Positions 1 through 7,439 of a DNA stretch of 64,000 nt are shown one piece after another (within the stretch, counting starts at the first letter, position 1; the number at the start of each line of letters is the position of its first letter). This DNA comes from ANME-2 cluster archaeon (GTDB lineage: Archaea > Halobacteriota > Methanosarcinia > Methanosarcinales > Methanocomedenaceae): positions 5,909-69,908 of the forward strand of contig JAHYIS010000007.1 of NCBI GenBank assembly GCA_019429385.1. Direction: 5' to 3'. The notes beneath the pieces are model-generated. The model made no database searches and was not told the DNA's origin. It saw only the letters and a list, made by a program, of their open reading frames with translations. A program made the translations under genes and the position numbers.

Positions 1-1
1 A

Positions 2-244
2 GTTTCCAACAACGTCCCTATAAAAAATAAACAATCACAAAATGATAGAGGTTTTTGTATTCGCTGTGGAAATGACTTAAAACTTAATCATGAAAAACCT
101 CTTTGTTACAATTGTTTCAACATTTGGAAAGAATATAGTAATCCAAATTATAAAGAGAAATTTTGCCATGCTTGTGGAACTAAATATAACAGTACTGTTG
201 AAAAACCTATTTGCATTGACTGCTATAAGAAATTGGCAAAATAA
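2..244 (+). CDS. C-terminal fragment of a protein with tandem CxxC zinc-ribbon motifs; the ORF enters from upstream of the window
   Basis: My translation of frame 2 runs open from position 2 to TAA at 242-244: ...GFCIRCGNDLKLNHEKPLCYNCFNIWKEYSNPNYKEKFCHACGTKYNSTVEKPICIDCYKKLAK. It has four CxxC pairs. It is absent from the ORF track because no start codon lies in the window. Confidence 0.5.
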   Translation, partial: VSNNVPIKNKQSQNDRGFCIRCGNDLKLNHEKPLCYNCFNIWKEYSNPNYKEKFCHACGTKYNSTVEKPICIDCYKKLAK

Positions 245-295
245 TAATTGGAACATATTCAATTTCTAAATCATGTTAACATAGCAGTATGATCT

Positions 296-505
296 TATCC
301 TCATTCCTCCCTTCTTCCCCTTTCCTGCTGCCCCTTTTGGTTCACTTATGCAGGGTGCCCCTCCCGCTCTGCTCAGCCTGCCCTTGTGGTGTGAGGGCTG
401 GCAGGCGCTTTTCGCTTATTCCTGCGGGCTTTGGGTGCGAAGTGGGGAGGGATGCCTGGGTGGAGGGTTGCAAGGTGGGGGGCTCGAAACTAAATTTCGA
501 ATTTA
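296..505 (+). repeat. GC-rich structured repeat, copy A (modules m1-m2-m3)
   Basis: Aligns by eye to copies at 2148, 3176 and 3917. Shared blocks include CACTT..AGGGTGCCCC, GCCTGCCCTTGTGGTG..GGCTGGCAGGCGCTTTTCG..TTCCTGCGGGCTTTGGGTGCGAAGTGGGGA and the G-rich tail GGGGGGCTCGA. Confidence 0.85.
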
Positions 506-629
506 CACTTCCAACCTTCGTTCTATTCACTACACTGATTTAAGTCTAAAACCAAGTATTTCGTATGATTTGGCACAGATCATCATTAAATGACAAATGG
601 TTTTCCTGAAAATAAAGGAGTTTGAAGTG

Positions 630-1310
630 TCAAAATTGTTTACAATAAAAATCAGAATCATCAAATTCCATATCATTAGCGATATTAATAAAACCCATTT
701 TGCATTTCTTAGCAAAATCTCTATCATCAAGGAAGAATTCAATTGGTTTTATATATTCAAGATTTGTCATCAATTCATGAAATATCCGTCCATCATTTGT
801 GTCCTTAAAATGAATATCAGCAAGTGATCTTTTCACAATATTGAGCCTTTTATGATTTAATAACAATATTTCAAAGCCAGGATGGATCTCTTCGATTTTG
901 AAAATGATCGAATTTGATAAATTTAATGACAGTTCTGATAAAAAATCAGGTAGATCGTCTATTTCATTGTCTTTAAAAAAAATTGAGATTTCATGATATA
1001 CCAGATTTAGAAAATTAGATAGCCCTGGTTTTGCAGCTTTTAAGTTTTTGAACTGCTCTATTAAAAAAGCCTGGGAATCCAATGTACTGATACTGGAGCT
1101 CTGATAAATATCAGGTAGAAATCTGATAATATCAACCATAACTTCATTTATTTTATTTCTCAGTACGTTATGTGATTCCATAATTGCTGAATGACATAAA
1201 TACAATTGTTCATTCCGTTTATCATCCATCAAAGCTATAGATGTTTCATGAAGTCGATCATTTGTATTAATTATTCCTAAAATGATATTAGTATCAAAAG
1301 AAAAATTCAT
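630..1310 (-). CDS. Hypothetical protein with PIN-like N- and C-terminal motifs split by a long helical insertion
   Basis: 226-aa ORF. The N-terminus MNFSFDTNIILGI resembles PIN strand 1 with its acidic residue. Later FKDTNDGRIFHEL and FFLDDRDFAKK resemble the distal PIN acidic motifs. Its start abuts the stop of the upstream ORF (1312). Confidence 0.45.
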   Translation of the reverse strand: MNFSFDTNIILGIINTNDRLHETSIALMDDKRNEQLYLCHSAIMESHNVLRNKINEVMVDIIRFLPDIYQSSSISTLDSQAFLIEQFKNLKAAKPGLSNFLNLVYHEISIFFKDNEIDDLPDFLSELSLNLSNSIIFKIEEIHPGFEILLLNHKRLNIVKRSLADIHFKDTNDGRIFHELMTNLEYIKPIEFFLDDRDFAKKCKMGFINIANDMEFDDSDFYCKQF

Positions 1311-1311
1311 T

Positions 1312-2031
1312 TTAAGCCTCTAAGACTTCAAAAACAGCATTATAATTTCTTGGAATTAATTCGTCATTAAAATTAGATAAGCTCAAATTAGTTACATCAT
1401 CCTGAAGATCTTGAAAAGAAATCTTTCCCCTGTGAAAAGCCTCGATTCTAAGCAATGAAACATTAATCATTATCCAGATATCAACATCATCTACCTTTTT
1501 TAAGGATTTCTTTATTAATTCATGAATGTTAAAAAAGTATTGATATAGGACTAATAACTGATTGGTATTTTCAGCCTTGTCCCATATTTTAAATTTAATC
1601 TCTTCCCTAATGGATGAAATTCTTCCATTTAGTTTTCTTAAAGTTATTCTAAAAAGTTCCGTTTGCTGTCGAGGTTCTAAGTTTGTTGAAAACGATTTTA
1701 GTTTCTTGAAACTTTCATTGAAATCCTGGAGAATAGCAATTTGATCTTCTAGTTTATTTTCGATAGTTCCTAAGTCGTCTTCATAAATATTAATTGAAAT
1801 AATATCTGTTAAAGCTTCCAATAATTTTTCTCTTGTTTCAAAGTCCAATTTCAAAATTTGGTCTAATTCCTTTTGAATCTGATAAAGTCTATGCATTGAT
1901 CTTAGATAATCAACTGTGCCAATTACTGGTCGCATAACTAATGTAATACTCTCAAATATATCGGATGAAAAAACATCCAGAATATAGTTAATAGATTTAA
2001 ATTGGCTGTTAGACGAATAATGAGCGTTCAT
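1312..2031 (-). CDS. Hypothetical, predicted all-helical/coiled-coil protein; first gene of a two-gene cassette
   Basis: 239-aa ORF in AT-rich DNA with heptad-like K/E/L-rich sequence. It is tightly coupled to the 630..1310 ORF. I recognise no family. Confidence 0.5.
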   Translation of the reverse strand: MNAHYSSNSQFKSINYILDVFSSDIFESITLVMRPVIGTVDYLRSMHRLYQIQKELDQILKLDFETREKLLEALTDIISINIYEDDLGTIENKLEDQIAILQDFNESFKKLKSFSTNLEPRQQTELFRITLRKLNGRISSIREEIKFKIWDKAENTNQLLVLYQYFFNIHELIKKSLKKVDDVDIWIMINVSLLRIEAFHRGKISFQDLQDDVTNLSLSNFNDELIPRNYNAVFEVLEA

Positions 2032-2147
2032 GATAATATAATCCTATTAATGACTTAAATCCATTTATAATCTAGCTTATTTAAGTTTATTGTAAAGCTT
2101 CAAATGATGCCTGAAATGAAAAATCATCATTAACATTGTTGATGTCT

Positions 2148-2343
2148 TCAGCCCCCATCCCTTCTTCAACTCTCATGCCGCCCCTTAGTCTTCACTTTAC
2201 AGGGTGCCCGTCCTGATCATCTCCGCTCGCCCTTGTGGTGAGGGGGGCTGGCAGGGGCTCGAATCGCATTAAAAAGCAGGCGTTTGGTGGGCTATTCAAC
2301 TGACCCTGCCACCGCTGCCCTTCAAGGCGGCATGGTGGCAGCC
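2148..2343 (+). repeat. GC-rich structured repeat, copy B (m1, truncated m2, m4 hairpin)
   Basis: Shares CTTCACTTTACAGGGTGCCC and the m4 block GCATTAAAAAGCAGGC.TTTGGTGGGCTATTCAACTGACCCTGCCACCGCTGCCCTTCA.GGCGGCATGGTGGCAGCC with copy D. Relative to D it has an internal deletion of ~75 nt. Confidence 0.85.
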
Positions 2344-2443
2344 AACATTATTGATACACAAATATCTGCATAATTGGAGTTGGAACATCTTTATAACATT
2401 TAGTGTTAATAGAATAATCAAAGTTAATCAAAATCTAACCAAG

Positions 2444-2665
2444 GTGATACTATTGGAAAGCATCGAAGCAATCAAAAAGCATTTGGATTACATGTCCCAT
2501 GAAATTGTTGAAATGAAGAAGCTAATAGTTGGCCTGGAATCAGATAAACAAAAATCCAATAGAGCATGGGATGATTTAATGAGTGCATCAGACCAAATAT
2601 CGGAAAAATGGATTGAAGTCTCAGCTGCAGATGAAATAAGATCACAACGAGAAAAGACGTGGTGA
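2444..2665 (+). CDS. Putative VapB-type antitoxin (start uncertain; GTG at 2444 proposed)
   Basis: Small ORF ending 5 nt before the PIN toxin gene. The track ORF (TTG 2351) reaches back to within a few nt of repeat copy B (which ends at 2343), so it is probably over-extended. Assignment rests on position only. Confidence 0.5.
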   Translation: MILLESIEAIKKHLDYMSHEIVEMKKLIVGLESDKQKSNRAWDDLMSASDQISEKWIEVSAADEIRSQREKTW

Positions 2666-2669
2666 ATCT

Positions 2670-3086
2670 GTGAATATTTGTCTGGATAGTTCTGTTATTG
2701 TAGCAGCATTAAGAAAGCAAGAAGTCCATCATGAAGCTGCTAGAAATTTATTGGAAAGTATTAAAGATGGAGAACATATTGCTATAGAACCTTACATTGT
2801 TTTAATTGAAATTGTTGCTGCCATAAAACGAAGAACAGGTTCAACAGAACTTGCCAACAGAGTGAAAAATGATTTTTTGGCTATAGACACCATAAATTTT
2901 ATGGACCTTGAATCAACCAGGGCAAGTCATGCATCTGAAATTGCAGTGAATCTTGGGGTAAGGGGAATGGATGCTATTGTTATACAAATAGCAAAAGAGT
3001 TTAATGTCCCCCTCATTACATTGGACAAAGAAATGATCGAAAAGGCTAAATCCTTCGTCGATATCAGTGCTGTAGAAGATTTGTGA
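2670..3086 (+). CDS. vapC: PIN-domain ribonuclease toxin VapC
   Basis: 138 aa. N-terminal ICLDSSVIVAAL is the PIN strand 1 Asp motif. It also has a mid-protein acidic residue and the C-terminal LITLDKEM motif. Confidence 0.8.
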   Translation: MNICLDSSVIVAALRKQEVHHEAARNLLESIKDGEHIAIEPYIVLIEIVAAIKRRTGSTELANRVKNDFLAIDTINFMDLESTRASHASEIAVNLGVRGMDAIVIQIAKEFNVPLITLDKEMIEKAKSFVDISAVEDL

Positions 3087-3175
3087 ATTAGCTACGATTT
3101 GATTAAAACTATTGGGGAGACACTAAATTTTAGCCCTCTCTGTGCATCTGTCATATCAATGATTATTATTTAACA

Positions 3176-3330
3176 TATCCATCCCCATCCTTTTTCAGTT
3201 CTCCTTCCGCCCCCTCGGTTTCACTTTTTAGGGTGCCCCCTCCCGCTCTGCTCAACCTGCCCTTGTGGTGATGGGTGCTGGCAGGCGCTTTTCGATTCTT
3301 CCTGCGGGCTTTTGGGTGCGAAGTCGGACT
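3176..3330 (+). repeat. GC-rich structured repeat, copy C (m1-m2 only)
   Basis: Near-identical to copy A across CCCTCCCGCTCTGCTCA.CCTGCCCTTGTGGTG...GCTGGCAGGCGCTTTTCG.TT.TTCCTGCGGGCTTT.GGGTGCGAAGT. Confidence 0.85.
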
Positions 3331-3414
3331 GATACTTAGGTGAGTGTTTGTAGGTATGGATTCTGTTGAAAACAATTATTAACAATTAAAGCATCCATTT
3401 AAATGAGGTAAAAT

Positions 3415-3600
3415 ATGGGTAATGTTAAGGACGAAGTAATAAAAATGATACATACAATGCCAAATGGTGTTTCAGTAGATGATATAATGGCTGAGTTATA
3501 TTTTCGTCAAAAAGTGGATGCTGGTTTATATGCTCTTGATAGAGATCAAGGTATTGAACACGAGATAGTAAAAGAAAAACTTACTAAATGGCTAGAATAA
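3415..3600 (+). CDS. Antitoxin of a RelE/ParE-type module (addiction-module component)
   Basis: 61 aa. It overlaps the toxin gene start by 13 nt. The pattern ...VDDIMAELYFRQKVDAGL...IEHEIVKEKLTKWL is typical of small antitoxins paired with ParE/RelE toxins. Confidence 0.7.
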   Translation: MGNVKDEVIKMIHTMPNGVSVDDIMAELYFRQKVDAGLYALDRDQGIEHEIVKEKLTKWLE

Positions 3601-3875
3601 TCTGGTCTCCTAATGCATCAGATGATTTGGAGTCTATCTGTGAATTTATTGCGATAGATTCTGAGTACTATGCTCGATCGTTCGCAAAAGGAATTATTAA
3701 GGCTATAGAAAGACTCATTGTATTTCCTGAATCAGGTAGAATCGTCCCGGAATATAATTTGAATAATATTCGTGAAATAATTTATCAGAATTATCGAATT
3801 GTCTATAGGATCAAGTCAGATATTATTGAAATTGTAACTATAGTCCATGGTGCAAGATTGTTAGACCACTTTTAA
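3588..3875 (+). CDS. RelE/ParE family type II toxin
   Basis: 95 aa. IWSPNASDDLESICEFIA...FPESGRIVPEY...IREIIYQNYRIVYRI..DIIEIVTIVHGARLL matches the RelE/ParE fold signature. Confidence 0.8.
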   Translation: MARIIWSPNASDDLESICEFIAIDSEYYARSFAKGIIKAIERLIVFPESGRIVPEYNLNNIREIIYQNYRIVYRIKSDIIEIVTIVHGARLLDHF

Positions 3876-3916
3876 GTTATCCTTTTTTGACTCGTTGAGC
3901 CAAATTTGTATATTTA

Positions 3917-4163
3917 CACACTCCTTCCGCCCCTTCATCTTCACTTTACAGGGTGCCCCACTCGTTATGTTCCTCCTGTCCCTGTGATAAGGGTGCTAGT
4001 AGGCGCTTTTCGATTCTTCCTGCGGACTTTGGGTGCGAAGTGGGGATGGATGCTTTTGTGGGGGGTTGGAGGGGGGGCTCGATTTGCATTAAAAAGCAGG
4101 CATTTGGTGGGCTATTCAACTGACCCTGCCACCGCTGCCCTTCAGGGCGGCATGGTGGCAGCC
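3917..4163 (+). repeat. GC-rich structured repeat, copy D (the most complete copy, m1-m2-m3-m4)
   Basis: Contains every block seen in copies A-C in the same order and ends in the 14-bp-class hairpin CTGCCACCGCTGCC/GGCGGCATGGTGGCAG followed by CCA. Confidence 0.85.
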
Positions 4164-4255
4164 AGCCGTGTTGATTCATATTGCCTGGGGTTTGGAGAGG
4201 CAAGAATATGAAACCGGATGCAGACTATGGATGTGATTCCTGTCGCACCTTGTTG

Positions 4256-4290
4256 GTTTACTCATACAGGGTACCCGACCTTTATCCGGC
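4256..4290 (+). repeat. Degenerate partial copy of repeat module m1 (core GGGTACCC) at the gltX-proximal edge of the array
   Basis: TTTACTCATACAGGGTACCCGACCT aligns with CTTCACTTTACAGGGTGCCCGTCCT of copy B. It lies ~90 nt from the gltX stop. Confidence 0.55.
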
Positions 4291-4380
4291 ATATTGGAAT
4301 AGGATATGTGGATTGAACATGTTTCCTTCAAAAAATGGCCAGATCACCGAACAAAAAGCAACGTATTCAGCATCCTCACA

Positions 4381-6075
4381 TTACTTGTGCGTAAAATAAG
4401 CCACAACCCCACCATCAGCACTATCTATCCTCACATACCCGTACCGTTCGAACTGCACCACCCTGTCAACCTCAGTGGCAATACCAGCCTCGCCAATCCC
4501 TTCAACCTCACCATCAGGCGTCAGCACCTTCACAGGTATCCCGTCCACGGGAGCCCAGTGGATAATGCGGCCGCCCCCCTTCTTTACGGTCTCGATATCA
4601 TGTCCTGCAAATTCGGCCGTGCCCTCGCCAGTGATCCTGATATTATACAGCTCTTTCAACCTGAACAGGTCACCCGGTTTTGCATTCCCGATATCCTGGT
4701 TGCATACCAGCACGCTGTGCTTCACCGTAATTTCCCTGGTACCCCTGGCCACAGTCGGGTGCAGCGAAGGTTTCACAACAGTGGGTTGTGTACCCGAGAG
4801 CTCAAGTTTCACCGGCTCCCACACAAAGAAATACCGGTTTGCGTCAGCATCGATCAACTTGCGGTTCTCGGCATACAGGTTATCCAGGCTCAGGCTCACA
4901 TCGGTCTCGCCCACACCCATATCAACGAAGAACTTGCGCAGAGCTTCCGGCCTGAACCCACGGCGGCGAATGGCCCGAAGCGTCGGCAGCCGAGGGTCAT
5001 CCCAGCCAGAATACTCGCCTGCCTCAATAGCCGCACGCAGTCCGCTGGTACTGAACTTGCCGAACTCGTGCATCTTCACACGGCCCCAGTGGGACGTGCG
5101 GGGATAGGTCCAGCCCAGGTAATCATAAACATACTTCTGCCGCAGCTCGCTGTCCATCAGGTCCTTGCCCCTGATGATATGGGTCATACCCAGCACGTGG
5201 TCTTCGATGGCCCCTTCAAAATCCAGCAAAGGCCAGACCACATACCTGTCACCCACTTCCGGGCGGGGATGCGGTGTCCTGATCACCCGGAATGCACCCC
5301 AGTCACGCAACGCGGGGTCCTTGTGCTTGATATCTGTCTTTATGCGCAACACCCCCGCCCGTTCCTCGTATTCACCAGCCAGCATCCGTTTCCATTCACG
5401 CAGGTGGTGTTCAGGCGCCGTGTCCCTGTGCGGGCATGCCTGTTTTGCATCCTTCAGCTGCTTGAACTCATCCTGGGTACAGGTACACACATAAGCATGC
5501 CCGGCCTTGATGAGCGTTTCTGCATATTCGTAATAGATAGGAAGCCTGTCCGATGCCATGACCACCTCATCCGGGTTGGCACCCAGCCATCTGCAATCTT
5601 CCAGGTACCAGTCATAGGCTTCCAGCATAGGCCGCTTGGTCACGGGGTCGGTGTCATCGAACCTGATAATGAACTTGCCCCCATATTTCTTCACGTACTC
5701 GCTATTGACCACGATACCACGGGTACTCCCAAGGGTGGGCGGACCGTTGGGGTTGGGCGCGAACCTCATAACTACGCCTCCTTTTGCATCCGGGAGTTCC
5801 TTTAACCCCTTATCCGGCTCCTTGCGCAGCGAAAGTTCAACTATTAACTCGGGAGCCATTGTTTCCAGTTCAGTCTGCCACTGTTCCAACGATCCGCTGG
5901 CAATATCTTTTAGTGCTTCGCCCAACAGGGGGCCTATTTCCTTAGCCCTCTGGCGCAGTTCGGGATGTTCCCCCATCAATTTGCCCATAACCGCACCCTG
6001 CTGCGGAGCTTTGCCGTATTTTACGGCATTCTGCAAAGCATATTTCTTAACGAGAATTTCAATATCTGCTTCCAT
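4381..6075 (-). CDS. gltX: Glutamyl-tRNA synthetase (archaeal type)
   Basis: Class I aaRS core: VMRFAPNPNGPPTLGSTRG (HIGH-region equivalent), FIIRFDDTDP, and KFSTSGLRAAIEAGEYSGWDDPRLPTLRAIRRRG. ATG at 6075 is preferred over the track start at 6102. Confidence 0.9.
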   Translation of the reverse strand: MEADIEILVKKYALQNAVKYGKAPQQGAVMGKLMGEHPELRQRAKEIGPLLGEALKDIASGSLEQWQTELETMAPELIVELSLRKEPDKGLKELPDAKGGVVMRFAPNPNGPPTLGSTRGIVVNSEYVKKYGGKFIIRFDDTDPVTKRPMLEAYDWYLEDCRWLGANPDEVVMASDRLPIYYEYAETLIKAGHAYVCTCTQDEFKQLKDAKQACPHRDTAPEHHLREWKRMLAGEYEERAGVLRIKTDIKHKDPALRDWGAFRVIRTPHPRPEVGDRYVVWPLLDFEGAIEDHVLGMTHIIRGKDLMDSELRQKYVYDYLGWTYPRTSHWGRVKMHEFGKFSTSGLRAAIEAGEYSGWDDPRLPTLRAIRRRGFRPEALRKFFVDMGVGETDVSLSLDNLYAENRKLIDADANRYFFVWEPVKLELSGTQPTVVKPSLHPTVARGTREITVKHSVLVCNQDIGNAKPGDLFRLKELYNIRITGEGTAEFAGHDIETVKKGGGRIIHWAPVDGIPVKVLTPDGEVEGIGEAGIATEVDRVVQFERYGYVRIDSADGGVVAYFTHK

Positions 6076-6119
6076 ATACCGTTCAAGATGTACTGGTAGC
6101 ACATAATTATTTGCAAAAA

Positions 6120-7415
6120 TTACCTGCCCTTTACAAAAGCATCCGCTGCCGCATACCCTGCCTTGACGGAGCCGTTCATGCTGCGCTCGGGATAATTTGC
6201 TTCCGAGAACATCCCGGCAAGGTACAGCCCATCGAGACTGGTCTTATACGGCAGTATCCTCTCAGCATACCCGGTTTCATACACGGGTGCGGTTCGGGCA
6301 TCCCGGCCCAGTTCCCACCACAGTACAGCAGAGCGGTCAAACCCGGGATACATGCTCTCAAGACCATCCATGAACATCTTCATCACTTCAGCTTCGTCCA
6401 GTGCATACAGCGGGTCCTCGCGGTCCTGGAAGTATGACGCAATATAGAGCAGATGCTCACCTCCGTAATCCGATGCTGGCATGAAATTCGTATGCTCGAT
6501 AAGTGCTCCGAACGGGACATTAGCCTTGATGTTGAGCCAATAGGTACCATCTGTCATCAACGGCTTTGACATACCAAGCAGGGCACAGCACGTACCCTGG
6601 TAATGAATGGCTGTGGGGTCAAAATCAAGTACATATGGTGCGAACATGGATGCAAGTGCCATGGGAGGTACCGTGGAGATCACCGTATCACACGACAAAC
6701 TGCCTGCATTGAGCCGTACACCCGAAATCCGCCCCTCATCCAGCACTATCTGCTCCACACCATTACCCGTAATTATCCGCCCGCCTTTTTGGTGTATCGA
6801 TTCTGCCAGTGCACTTATCAGATGCTGGAATCCATCCCTGATATACCCCAGTCTCTCCCCCTCAGCACCCCGGTTCGAGCGAATCTTGACCCTGCCGACC
6901 AGCCAGGCCGCACTGACCACGGCTGCGCTTGACCCGAACTTGCTGTTCAACAGCGGCTGGAAGAAATTGTTGAAAACTCCTTTCCCTGCTGTCTTGATTA
7001 TCCACTCACCGGCCGTGATGGTATCGTATGACCTGACATCCTTGACAAGTTTGGTCCTCATCACCAGCAGCCCCAGCCTGAAAATATCCACGAACGACAT
7101 AGGCGGGAATTTCAGGATCTCAAGGGGAGTGTTCATTGGATATGCCCTACCACCCCAGTAATAACCAGTGGTACCTTTTACCCACTTGATCCGTCCTGAT
7201 AGCCCCAGTTCTGATATCAATTCCTTCAATTCGGTATCGCTGGAAAAAAAATGGTGGTAATATTTCTCTATATGATAACCAGCCACATGGTAGCTCTGTA
7301 CCATCCCGCCCAGTTCACGGTCTTTCTCAACCACCGTAACGTCATGTTCATCACAAAGCCGGTAAGCTGCTGCAAGTCCGGCCAGTCCGCCGCCGATAAT
7401 GACTATCTTGCTCAT
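6120..7415 (-). CDS. FAD-dependent oxidoreductase (phytoene desaturase / protoporphyrinogen oxidase-like amine oxidase family)
   Basis: N-terminal Rossmann motif IVIIGGGLAGLAAAY...VVEKDRELGG. The 431-aa length fits the family. Confidence 0.7.
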   Translation of the reverse strand: MSKIVIIGGGLAGLAAAYRLCDEHDVTVVEKDRELGGMVQSYHVAGYHIEKYYHHFFSSDTELKELISELGLSGRIKWVKGTTGYYWGGRAYPMNTPLEILKFPPMSFVDIFRLGLLVMRTKLVKDVRSYDTITAGEWIIKTAGKGVFNNFFQPLLNSKFGSSAAVVSAAWLVGRVKIRSNRGAEGERLGYIRDGFQHLISALAESIHQKGGRIITGNGVEQIVLDEGRISGVRLNAGSLSCDTVISTVPPMALASMFAPYVLDFDPTAIHYQGTCCALLGMSKPLMTDGTYWLNIKANVPFGALIEHTNFMPASDYGGEHLLYIASYFQDREDPLYALDEAEVMKMFMDGLESMYPGFDRSAVLWWELGRDARTAPVYETGYAERILPYKTSLDGLYLAGMFSEANYPERSMNGSVKAGYAAADAFVKGR

Positions 7416-7439
7416 AGTTTTTAAATCCCCTTCATCGTA

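Noticed and set aside
289-543. Track ORFs inside the GC-rich repeat copies (289..543+, 342..530-, 348..593+, 3166..3375-, 3906..4211+ and 3946..4203-), which give similar-looking Pro/Gly-rich peptides
   Set aside because: The similarity is at the nucleotide level. Indels between copies shift the frame: ...SHPKPAGISEKRLPA... in copy A against ...SHPKARRKNRKAPAS... in copy C. The ORFs exist on both strands only because GC-rich DNA has few stop codons. These are non-coding repeat sequence.
296-4163. Could the four direct repeats be a CRISPR array?
   Set aside because: The repeats are 150-250 bp, imperfect and modular. The 'spacers' are 0.1-1.6 kb and contain complete genes. No cas genes are present. 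This is not CRISPR architecture.
4120-4163. The m4 hairpin followed by CCA, considered as a tRNA 3'-half (T-arm plus acceptor) left by integration into a tRNA gene
   Set aside because: The loop (CTTCAA/G) is T-loop-like. But stem lengths of about 8+6 bp with an AT bulge, and the distance to CCA, do not fit a 5-bp T-stem plus 7-nt acceptor plus discriminator. I could build no cloverleaf 5' half.
296-4163. Classical integron attC signature (R''/L''...L'/R' with GTTRRRY/RYYYAAC)
   Set aside because: I could not find convincing GTTRRRY / RYYYAAC boxes at the repeat ends, and the elements are longer than typical attC sites. I therefore call the locus only 'integron-like'.
4306-5805. 499-aa plus-strand ORF and other long ORFs antisense to gltX (4475..5107, 5165..5494 and 5636..6106)
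   Set aside because: They lie opposite a confidently identified GluRS gene. Their sequences are low-complexity and Pro/Arg/His-rich with no motifs. These are typical shadow ORFs. The same reasoning applies to antisense ORFs across carB, the rpo genes, EF-2, AOR and others.
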